A DNA stretch of 64,000 bases from Eutreptiella sp. 'Long Island Sound 2002'. Taxonomy: Eukaryota > Protista > Euglenida. The stretch spans positions 4,650,001 through 4,714,000 of the forward strand of contig OZ038378.1 of the NCBI GenBank assembly GCA_964036045.1, in the 5' to 3' direction. Made by a program: the position numbers and the translations under genes. A model generated the notes under the pieces. The model made no database searches. It was not told where the DNA came from and saw only the letters and a list, made by a program, of their open reading frames with translations. Shown piece by piece: positions 38,601-50,600 of this stretch (the stretch's first letter is position 1; each line of letters opens with the position of its first letter).

Positions 38601-41600
38601 TCATGTGTGCCCCTGACCCCAAAATAAAGTCGGGAGGGAGGCACGGCACATAGCGGGGTGTGTTGTGCTCCTCACCACCCGGGCAAGACACAGTCACACA
38701 CACCTCGGCAGAGATGCCCCAATAAATCCCTAATTTGGGCCAGTGTAATTGATAGTTGGTAGATTGGCATTTCGGTTGGAGAATGGGGTGCGTCATATCC
38801 CACACTTCATGTTGGAGAGCAAGCTAAAAAACTTTGGGGTGTGAAATGATACCTTCAACAAAAATTTAAAAAAGCCACCTGGCCAGAGGTGTGACTACTA
38901 AAAGCACATAGATCAAAAAAGAGGGGAGTGAAGGGATGCTAGAAAATTAAATATAAGGTGAGAAAATGTAGTGTACAGCTTGATGTTGCACCCAGCACAG
39001 GATGGAGAAAGCGTCGCAGGCGACCACCCCAATAGTCAATACAATTTTCACCTGCATTACTTCTTCGAGCCGCACAAATGGAGTTGCAGGGTCACAAGGA
39101 AGAAGCAGCCAGAACAGTGGGGTCAAAGTAGTAATGTGATAATGAGAATAACAAAATATTTCCCCCACCCTATGTCCATGTTATCCATCTTTTGTACCCC
39201 TGTGTGACATTCCGTCGGGTTGTTGCTCCTTTACGGGGCCCTGGACAGTCACCCATTCTTCCCTTTGCATGTTGCGTCGGGTTGCTGCTTTCTGTCGGCC
39301 GCTGCGGCCGGTGCTCTTGCTGGTGTCGTTTCCGCGTTCGCGGAGCCCAGTAGTTGGTGTGTTGGGGCTGTGCTGAATGTGGCATGGTGTGCCGTTTGCA
39401 TGTCAGCGGCTCCCAATAATTGGCGTATTGAGGATGTGCTATCCATCTTTTGTACCCCCCCCGCCACCTTGTTCACCCCCCAGCCCTGAGGGACGACGGT
39501 TCCCCCCCACCCTGGGTGACGGTCCCGGGGGGGGGGGGGGGGCGGGGGGACACCACAGCAGACCAAACACTTATCAGCCCATACTGTGTGGAAATCAAGG
39601 GCGGTCACTTGCTTGCTGTTGGTTGCCAAAGGCTCTTAGATGCGCTGACATGCATCGATGTTCATAGTGTGAGGCACATGATGCAAATAAGCAGAATTCA
39701 CAATGCCCTGCATCCATTCACCAGTTTTCTGGCTGCCCCTACTGCTGAACAGGGACAGTGTAAACCTTCCTCTTACGGTTCCACAGAGTCGTGAACTGCT
39801 GCACGTGTTGCCCATCAGCGACAGGGATGGACGAGCTGACTGCAGCTGGCTTTGCTGCAGGCTTGACGCAACTTCATCCTGAAAATGGCCTTCAAGAGGC
39901 ACCCGACAGGGCAGCTCTTTTTTCAAAAACCCCATGCCCTTCATGGGGGGGCTCTCACAACGTCCAACCCCCCAAATTTGCCATTTGCCAGGTGCCCAAT
40001 GGCCCCTTGCTCAGGCTGAGGGGTCTGTCAGGGAGGGGATGGTGGTTGCGTACAGGCATGAGCTCTCCTGGGCACTCTCTGCCACCTGCACACCACAGAG
40101 TGCACACCATTCTTTGCGAACATTGCCATTCCTTGCCCAAAAATCCTACCAGTGAATCATGCCTGCCCTCTACTGGACGAGTGGAAAGGCAGACGAAATG
40201 ATTGCAGTCGATATTGGCCTACACCAAAGACACTAGAAGAAGTGTTGGCTGCTAAGCCCGAAGGTAGCCTGGCATGGAAATATGGGCAGTATGCTTCTCA
40301 AGACATACTGCCCAAGAAAGCCTCCGACCGTCCCCCCCAAAGCCAGTATCTGAAGACCCAATTCTGCAGTGTTGTTCCCAACCTTCCCAAAGGCCAAGAG
40401 AACATACAACATGGACAACAGAAGGGACATTTTGTGGACTATTTGGGCTAAAATGTATGAACCACTCTCAAAAAAAAAATGTCTACAGGGTTTCAAAAAA
40501 TGGAACGGGTGAATTATTGTACGTTTGTATTATTGTATATTATTTGATTACAGTACATTGAAAGAACACAAGACTCATTGCATTCTGGATCACAGGAACG
40601 GGCTTGCTTCGATGCCTCCACTGCCAGCAATATTTTGGGTGTTGTTCTGCAAGCTTGTCCATGTTTGCTTGATCTGCAAATTCCTTGTTTGCAATTGCAA
40701 GAAAATCGAATGTAGACGCATGGGCCAATGATATACGCACGGAGGTGTATAAACAAGTCGTCACCGGAAAACCAGTGACTCTGTAATAAACACTTCAAAA
40801 TCCTTCAAAAACAATTCTTGTTGCCTTCTTATTGGTCGCCACAACAAAAGGTCGGGGGGGGGGGGGGGCGTCACCGGCTTGTTCCAAAAAAAAATGCATC
40901 AGTGTCATACTGCACAGGACCGCAACTGTGGGCCACCAGGGCTCTACAGGTCCCCCCTCTGAGAGAAAAAGTGGATCCCCAAAAAGCTGGTGGCACCAAC
41001 AGTGCCCAAATCTGCACCCAAACCTGCACCCAAGCCCGGAAAGCAGCCAACTGGAACATCGTTCTCCTCCCTGATTTGGGACAACCAAACAGCAGGGTTA
41101 TGTCACAATCGTTGCTTCCCTGCTCTAAGGACCTTGAGACAGCAGCGGTTATGTCGCAAGTGACTCAGGCTCCACAAACCCCAGCTGCAGCTCAGACTTA
41201 AACTTGATTTGTTTTCTGTCACAGGGAGTGGGAGGTCCAGTGTGGGCGCCAGTGCGGGAAATGACTGGAATTGACCAACAACCAATGTGTCCCAAAATAC
41301 AAATACCACCAGCAATTCCGCATTTATCAACTTAGCTTCTGACGAAACCCCATCCCAAGGTTGCCAAAAAACCCCTTTGGCCCTCTAACGGGAAACCTCG
41401 GCTCCCAGATGCGGGCACCCCCCTCGGAACAATTGTGCCCTGCCTGGCCTATGGGACAGGGAGCGCACACCACCAGCAACACCGCAGGCAAAAATCCCAG
41501 AAGTGCAGCGCACTGATGTGTAACACTTGGTGATCCAGAACCCCCTCGCCCTGTGCTGCAGCTATGCCGATTCAAACAATCCAGTTCAGTTTGCTTGGCC

Positions 41601-44600
41601 TATGCACACATCTCACCTAGCCCTGTGTTACACTTCCCACATCATTTGTCGCGGACAGCACCAGACACTGAACAAACGTTGATGCAGCCGAGAAAGTTGT
41701 TGCACTGCGCGCGCACTGTGGTCCAGGCGCCCCCTTGGACAATCAGTGCTTGTTGAAGGGACTGGCAGAAATCTGAAGTTGGAGGTCGAAAAAAGTGGTC
41801 GGGCGGACTGTTTGGTTGCGCATATCGTGTTTGCGGGGCTGGCAAGAAAGTTGCGGGGCGATGAGGATGCCTCATTTTGTAGTGCAGATGCATCGTTTTT
41901 ATGATCTGCAGATTGCATCTGATTTAGCGACATCGCCACAAATACCCATAATCACATGAGTAGGGCGACCTGCAGAATATCTTGAGGGGCAGTGCCGAGT
42001 CGCGGAAGCTCCAATGGAGATACGTAGACAGCTGCTTGACTTCCACGAGACGACGTGTCCGATGGTGGCAGTTGAAATGACGTCCGGCGTTGAGTTCCAC
42101 GAGACGACGTGTCGGATGGTGGCAGTTGAAATGACGTCCGGCGTTGAGTGCCATGAGACGACGTGCCGGATCGTGGCAGTTGCGATGGCATCCTGTGCTG
42201 CAGATCCGACATCGTGTCACCGCACTGCGTGCATCAGCACCCAGCGTACGTTTTTTGCGGCGCCCCTATTGCAACAGTGGGCGCACCGGTACGGTGCGGC
42301 AATATGCAGCGGTCACTTTTGCGAACATTTGGGGCGCGGCCGGTGCATCACGAAAGAAGAGGAATAAGGCTCTGGGAAACGAACGCAAACAGACGCTTCC
42401 GGCCTTGCGGATACTGCAGCATACAGATGTCCCCAGTCCACCTTGCGGTCTATACTGCTCAGAGGCAAGGACACGCATTGCATGGTGAATGACGGCGGAT
42501 GCAGGCTAGTTCCGGCTGTGGGCTGCTGGCGGTGGTTTTCCCTTTTGGACTTGCTTCTCCAGTTTCGATGCCCTCTGCATCCCACTCAAGGCCTTTGCGC
42601 GGCTGTCTCCGTGCGTGTTTTGGCAGTTGGACACAAAAGATGTGCCAACAGTCCGCAGCACCGTGCATCTCTTGTGTACCCCGCCCCCTTGTAATCTCCC
42701 CCTAATGTCAGGCCGGTCCCCATGGGGGGGGGGGGGGGATTGCACTACATAATGGCAGCACTAAAACTGCAGCAGTGCCAATATAAACTCAAAAATTTTC
42801 TTGGGCGCCTTTGGCGCGTTGCATTCGCGATGCTTTTTTGTCACGGTCACGCCCCCCCCCCGGGGGGGGAGGATTGCAAGGGGGGGGGGATTACAAGAGG
42901 GGGGGGGGGGTAGCACGTTGTTGCCGTCTACTTGCAACCGCCACAACACAACTGGCGACACCGGTATTCCCATCCATTCTCCCTCAACACCCTTCTTTGC
43001 TCCCATCCAAAAGGGTTGCTGCAAGGTCCTTGGCCAGAGAAACAATGTGGAGGCACAAAGGGGTGTGTACACCACTGCCGTCTACAGGCTCATGTCCTGC
43101 TGCTCTGCATTCTGTGGCCTGCTTTGTCATTACAACTGCTGCCGCATCTGAATGCTGCAGCGGACGTGCGATACCTGTTCTGCTCAGGATGCTTGCACTA
43201 GCAGCGGCAATTGCATTCACACTCTGCACCGACCCCGCATTCTCAGGTACAGTGCCTGTCTTGCGCCAGCGCCACCCTTGGCACTGAAAAAATTGACGGT
43301 TTCATGACACCAGTGGCGGTTGAAGCAAACCACGCGTGCGCCACAGCACGGATATGAGTGTACAGAAGTTGAGGAGTGAGTGGCACTCGGTGTACCGCAT
43401 GTGGTGTATGCGCCTTGCAACCGCGAGGGCAGGTATCCCCATTTCCTGCCGTGCATCGTATCACCGAATAGCCATCTCGCAAAGACGACCGTTTGGCTGA
43501 CCTGCCGCCTTGCGGGGCCCCATACACCTCAGCACTATCTCCAAGCAGACATCCCACACAAAACACAAATTCCACAGTCCCCTTCTTGAAATGCAACACG
43601 GCACACAGTGCATGGATGCATAACTTGTGTAAACTTCTATTGCCTTCGGCGAGACACCTCGAAGAGAGAGAAAAATCGAACCTTCGAAAATTTTTCAGGG
43701 GCCACTAAACCACCAAAACAACAGCAATTTTGGGGGCGCCGGGGGGGCCCATGGCCCGGGATACATGGGCCTGGCGGCCACTACGTGGGTCCCCATGGGC
43801 GCTCAAGTACCCGTAGTGTCACCAAATGATCACCCAAACACATCCCAGGGGCGACAGAAGGGTATCATAAAAACTCGAATCTCGGAAAATTTTTCAGGTG
43901 CCAGTAAACAGCCTAAACAACAGCAATTTCGGGGCTTTTGGGGGGTCCATGGCTTCGGCTACATAGGCCTAGCGGCCACTACATGGGTCCCCATGGATGC
44001 TCAAGTGTAAAAACGGCCAGGTCCTCACTGGCAAGGGGCCAGGGGGGGGGGGGGCGACCAGGGGTTCCCGGAGCTGGGACCGGAGACCCCCACCACGAGT
44101 TAGGGTCCAAATAGGTATCACCCTGGGCCCTAGCCACATGCACGCAGTCAAGTCGAGGAATTCATTTCGGGGTGGGCAGGGGCCCAGCCCAGAACTCAAA
44201 GAGCTCTAAGACAAAGAACCAGGGGCACGTCTGTGAATTAAACTTTTGTCTATTGCATAAACAAGGGTTTTGCCACCCCCCACCCCCGACCCTCACCCAC
44301 CCCCCCAAAATGGGGTACCCGGGTAGAGGGGGTAGGGGTGTCAAGATCAAAAAATTCTTTGGGGGATCATTTTGTCTCCCAAAATGATGATTTTATAAGG
44401 GGTCAGACATCCATTACCATACCTTTGGGTATGCTACGCGAATGAACCCAAAAGAGGGGGGGGTATATGGCGCCCACACCTGCCCTGATCTAAGAACCCT
44501 CTTTGAGGGTGCTGAAATGCACCGCGCACTGCACCGCGCGCACCGCACGCATCAGAGGATGCTATGCTTTAGTGCAATGTACACCCTTTCGGAAGGTAGG

Positions 44601-47600
44601 CAGGGACGCGGAGAAAATACACTGAAATGGGAAACTTTTGTGCATGCATCATCACCACTTCCCCCCAGATAATGCCCCCAACGTGTGTTTTACCCATGCA
44701 CACCAATAGCATCACCCAACCATTGCATACAGTGCACACTGGCCACGTTTCAGCAACTTTTAGTGTGAGCATACATTGTGCGCGCCGGGCTGACGCCGCA
44801 CTGCACGCACCGCGCGCACCGCACGGTCAGCACCCTCTTCAAGGTGATTTGGGTGGCACATTGTTGGAAAATATACTGTTGCACTTCAATCCTTCGACGG
44901 CAATCAGATACCATGGATGCTGGGGAGTGGGTGGGGGATGAAAGGAACGATCATGTTCCTTCCAGCAGGCAGTAGCCTCACCACTTTTCGGTTCCGGAAA
45001 AAATGGACAAATAGTGAATTTGGATGCCATGCCCGAGATAAAGTGGATGGTGTTGCATTTTGCTCCGGATTGCACTGGCCCTGCGTTGTCATAGTATTTC
45101 TGTATTTACTGTGTTTCTTGACAATGCATGGCCAGGGCGCCGCGCACAAATACGTGTGTACAGGATAGCAAACCCACTGTCACCACATCACAACATGGGG
45201 CCAAGATCTCGCACTGCGTGCGCACTGCGTGCATATTGCGCACGCAGAGGCTAGGATACTCACCCAAGAATACCTGTCACTTGTTTACTAGCACGGCGAA
45301 GCAGCAAAGCCCACATCAGAACAACAAAACTGCCTTCAGCTTGGTAATCCAGTGTCCTTATGAACAAGCAAATCAGCCTTATAGAGTACAACTATGCAAG
45401 GGCATGCAAGATGCACACATGTTCAAGTGGCAAGTGCCACACTCGGATATATCACTAGGACGGTGGCCACACAATTGGCAACAAACACCATCATCATTTT
45501 CTTCCTCTACAACGGTTGCCTCCTCCTGCGCCCATACAGACTCCGGCACATGAGGCCAAGGTCCATGCGGTTGATACCTAGTCTGTCTGCGAATGCAAAA
45601 CTGAGTAAGGTGGAGCAAAATACGCACATGGCCATGCAGCTCCGTTGCAGAGCGTGTCCAGACATTGCGGACAATCCTCCATTGCCACAACCGTGCAAAG
45701 AGGTGCTCCACCCTTGCACGATAGAAGCCATGGACATCATTATACTCTTGTTGGTCGTCAGTCAAAGTTTTCCGACCAATATAAGGTACAGCGGTGTGCA
45801 AGCGGCCCTTATAGGCGCCGTCATGCGCACCGATTTCAAAATCGAAAAACTGTCCATGTGTTCGCGAAGGACCACGTTGATCCCAAATCATAACATCGGC
45901 GGAGGTCCCTAACCCCGACTCGAGGGGCCACACCGAAGCGTGGATTGTGAGTCCCTAACCCCAACTCAAGGGGCCACACTGAAGCGTGGATTGTGAGTCC
46001 CTAACCCCAACTCGAGGGGCCACGCAACAAAGCGTGGATTGGATAGTTGGCCCGGTTTCCTCAATAGCACCGGAAGGTTGAAGGTCCAAAATAACGCTCC
46101 CTCAAAGATGCCCGGCGCACACCCCGTGCACTAACCCCCATGCGGAGGACGAAATTAGGGGGAAATGGTTGACAATTCAAATATGCCACATCCTAAATGC
46201 TTGGGAAGCCAAAAAAACCCTAGTACGGAACCAAAAACTTGTGAAAAGGGGCCAAAACTAGGGTTTGAGTATTTGCCGACATCCAAAACTTCGCACTGCG
46301 TGCATGGCATTCCCTGGGTGTCCCTCCATACACAACTCCAGCCCCAGACCCACCAGCTCCAAACGCAACGACAAACTGCCACCAAATCTGCATTCGGACG
46401 TAGGCCATACGGAATCGTACAGGAGTCCACAGGACTACATTGGCGACGAACGATGACTAAGCGCTTCCACCTACCGGAGCTTGCGTCCAAAGGGGGAGGG
46501 TTTAGGTGAGGTAGGAGGAGTAGCGCCAGACCACAGCAGGGCTGATGCATTCTCGGACTGTAGGTGCTCAGTACCGCTAGAGTCTCTGCTCCCAATCCAC
46601 CTGCCGGATAAATCCCTCACTTCTTCCTCGCGCTTACTGCCCACTATTCCCTGGTGTCCTCCACACACTAACAACTGCCTGCCTCTTCAGCCATTTTCTG
46701 GTCCATCCAGAGGGGCCTAGGGGGGATGCATACAAAGACTCCGCTCTTATATTTTTTCGGGGGGGGGGGGGGTCGAGACCAAGGTGAGCTGGCAAAGCCC
46801 GCTCAATTGATGGCACTCAAGATAGCAAACTGCAGGACTGTCCAGTTGTATAATTGCCCCAACGACGTAACAGGCTGAGAGGATGAGCTGAATCTGAACC
46901 CGGAAATGCATTGGAAAATCGCCACGCCCATCAGCTTCCCAGTATGCTGTTGATGCACAAAAAGACTGAATGCTGAACAAGCGGTGTGCAGAATAATGAG
47001 GAGATGATGAGCAATGTGGGGCTCAACTGCATGAAAGGTCAGGACCACTGCGCACACGAACAGTCCGCTCCCATGCACTACAGACTCTACCACTCCATCT
47101 GAGGAGAGCTGGTCCTGAGGCTCACTCTGTTGAGACCACCCCTGTGTTAAGGTCAAAAGGGCTGCAATTGTATCAGCCAGAGCAGCATCCCTCACTTTGT
47201 GGCTGGAAGAGGGTGTAACCATGGCTTCGGTACACGTCGGGGCATGCCTTCGAACAATTATGACAGCACCTGTGGGCGCAGCACCCAATGTTGGAACAAG
47301 GCAGTTGGTCAGGACTTTGCAACAAACACGCCCCAACATTATGCAAAGAACAATGTTTGCGCGGGGCAGAGTACTACAGAATCTCAGAAATCCCAAAGCA
47401 CAGAAATGCCGTTCCCAGCCACACAGTCATGCCACAACAGCAAACACACCCCTTCACTATTCCAACCGAAAAAACTGGACCGCAAAATTCGATGGTTTCA
47501 GAAGCGATGGAACCGACGCCACCTTTTCTTTGGGCACCACGCCGTTTCTAAAAGGCGGGGCCGGGGTAGCTTACTATGTCGCACAATCGGCGTCCAGTGC

Positions 47601-50600
47601 AATGTTCCTCTGTGTGACCTGCTTGTTGATCAAAGTCAGTTCTGGGGGACTGTGTGTAGCTCTCTCTCCCTGCCTGGCTCATCCTTACTTCCCTACTCAC
47701 GCTTCCTTTCATTGTGCCAACGGAGCCCCCGGAGTGTCCCTGTTTCACTGCTCTGTGTCGGGTCCACACACCCGAGGAGTGCGGACTTGAGGAGGGCAAC
47801 TGCCCTCGCCGTTGGCCAGGTGCGTCCAAGTGGACACCCCATACCGGCGGTGGGGCATCCCTTCCCAACAGCCCCTTCCCAACGGCAGCTTTTGGGCCCC
47901 AGGATGCCCAGGATGTCCACTTGCGGGGTCGCTTCCCCGGTGGGGGCACCTAACAACCTTCCGACTGTCCGTTCCCGCGCTGAGTCCTCCCTGTGGCGAG
48001 CGCATCATGTGCCCCCCCACCCCCCACTTGTGTCTGTGGTGTGTATATTGTGTGCCCAATCCCTCGCGTGGCATGGGTGCCACCCGGGGTGGTGGGTGTG
48101 GGTTCGTGTAGAGTGATGCGTGGGGAGGTATAGGGTGGGTGTTGATGGTGCGGTTGTAGGGTGATGGGTGGGGATTGGTGTTGTAGTGGGAGTTGCGGAT
48201 TGGGCCACTTGCATCTGCTGGCCCACCTCCTCCAACATGCAATAGGATAAGGCAGCGGGGGGTGGGGGGGGGGGGGGTTGAGAGCCCAAGTGGATTACCT
48301 CCCACCGTCGAGCTCGGGCTTCCATACAGATGGGTCCGAAAACTGAGACAAATGATAACACCCACACCACCTCCAGTCCATAGCATTTGGGTGGTCATAC
48401 GGGACTCTGCCCCCGGAGTGTCTCGTCCAGCAAACACTCATCATCCACAGCGAGGGCCACGACACAGCTCTATGAAGACTTGTACATCGGCCGTGTACAC
48501 AACCTCTCAGAGAGGGTGGCCGCGTCGAACACACACGACCACAAACGGCGAGTGCCGGTTGCGCATCATCAGAGGGCCGTGCTGCGTTGAGTGAACGTTT
48601 CACAGCTGACCCAAACTGTACCCTCTGCCAATGCAACCGGGCTCAATTCTCAGAGACACACACTAGGCACGCACATGGCCCCTACATTCCGGATTCTCTG
48701 TGGATTGGGCCTAGAATATGTGCGCAGCGTGACATCCGATGAACTTGCAATGCGATGTGCAACGCACAGAGGAACACTTGCGTTTGAAGGCAGCCCCAAA
48801 TGCAGCAAAGGCTACAGGAAACAAAATGGGGCGGGCCTGGCTCCCCACCGCAAGGGAATTGCGGAATGACACCAAGGACACGGATAGTTTCCAATTTGTG
48901 CAGCTGAAACAGTGCCGCCATCACATCATACAATGGACAGCCTCAACAAAACTATGTACAAGCAGTCAGCAATGTATTTACATCCTGCTGAAGCATCGGA
49001 AAGAAAGCAAAACACATGCAGGGAAGCACACAGCACAGCCCTCCTCAGTTTCCCAGGAACCAGAATTGGAACCAGTGCAACTCCTGGGTCTACAAGATGC
49101 AACTTTCTCTTTTTTTGGGACACACGGGATACATACAGTCCAGTTGCAACAATACACTTGCACACATGATGCACACAATTGGATTTTGGGATTCACACTT
49201 CTGACACTTTTGGGATACACACCAACCCCAATTCTGCCAGGAACGGAAGGCAAAACATGTCATGCGGCCAGCCCTCATGACCCTCAATCCTGGGAACAAC
49301 CCCCCCACGCCTGTCCTCATGGCATATCTTGCAGCTTACACCTAAGGCCTAGCCCTCCATAGCCTACCCCCGTGATAAACCCATGCAGAAATGTACGAGG
49401 TTGTTTGCACACAGTGGGGGTACAGCGCATGCACAATACCGAAACCAACCACCAAACCAACGACCACTCGAAACACCACATGCAAGGCCCAAAAAGTGAA
49501 AATGCACGCCTCAGAGCAACTTGATGCACCATATCTTCCCGCAGCTCCTTAAACAGCTTTTCCATGAGGTGATCCAGCTCACATATTGCAAGCAATCATG
49601 GATCCTCAGGCTTACTTGGCGACCTTGAATTGGCCTTGCCCAGGCGGTTGAGGCAGCGGTGTTGAATTTCCTGGCAGTGGATTCGTCAAACTTCTCCATA
49701 CACCATCCAGACAATGAGGGTGTCCTCGGCTCTCTGGATTGTGTTGACAATTGCTAACCAGTGCCCACCTTTAACAGTGCCCACAAAGCAGAGTGTGGGC
49801 TTCCGGATGCACGTGTGCCACATTCGTGAAGATGTACTGTTGCTGCCCCAAAGCACCCCAAGTGTCACACACCCATGCATTACTTGAGTTTGATAGGTAG
49901 AAACGGCAGCATTTATGCACAGAGTGTTCAAAGTACAAGCACATCGCATAATGTGTCCCCTTTGAGAAAAAAGACAAAGCATGGGACACATCTGAAGGCG
50001 GTAGTAAAATCAAGATCAAAAGCTTTAAATGTCTGTCAATGCCCCACAATTTGACCCTCCCAAAGGAGATTATATTGAAAAAATAGACGTTCGCCGTAAT
50101 TCCACGTTGGCCACGCAAACAGTCCGTTAAATGGGGTGACAGTTTGCTTTAAAAAAGAAATGTGTCATGCACCACAAATATCCTGACACTTTCTGAGAGT
50201 TGTCAAAGCGTTTTCGGCTGACACTGTCGCCTGAAAGCACATTGGCAAAGAATGTCAGGTACAACTGTAAGCTGCAGAGTGGGTGAGAACTGCCTCCGGT
50301 GTTCACAAAATGCTTGAGAGAAGTACACAGTGACGCAAGGACAGTCTCTGCGTTACAAAGCTGTTTGCAGCAACGTTTTGCAGCAACATTGACACCGGCA
50401 ATACTGTGGGTTGCAAAGGACCGTGCCTCTCGTGTCACAGGGGTCACAGCTGGGCCCACCTGCAGTTACAAAAAGGAGAAAATCGCATATATCAGCAATA
50501 GATGTCGTGGTTAGGGCTTAATCTTTGCCTAAATTGTGGGTAATCGGCTTGGGTGATTGGCTGTGGCTGCTGTCAGGTGTTCTGGGTGGAATGACAAACA

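Noticed and set aside
41337-41350. Hammerhead-core-like CTGACGA/CTGATGA words (also 25265, 61135)
   Set aside because: No flanking stems with a correctly placed GAAA were found.
45905-46041. CRISPR-like array
   Set aside because: Contiguous tandem units with no unique spacers, no cas genes, and a eukaryotic context.
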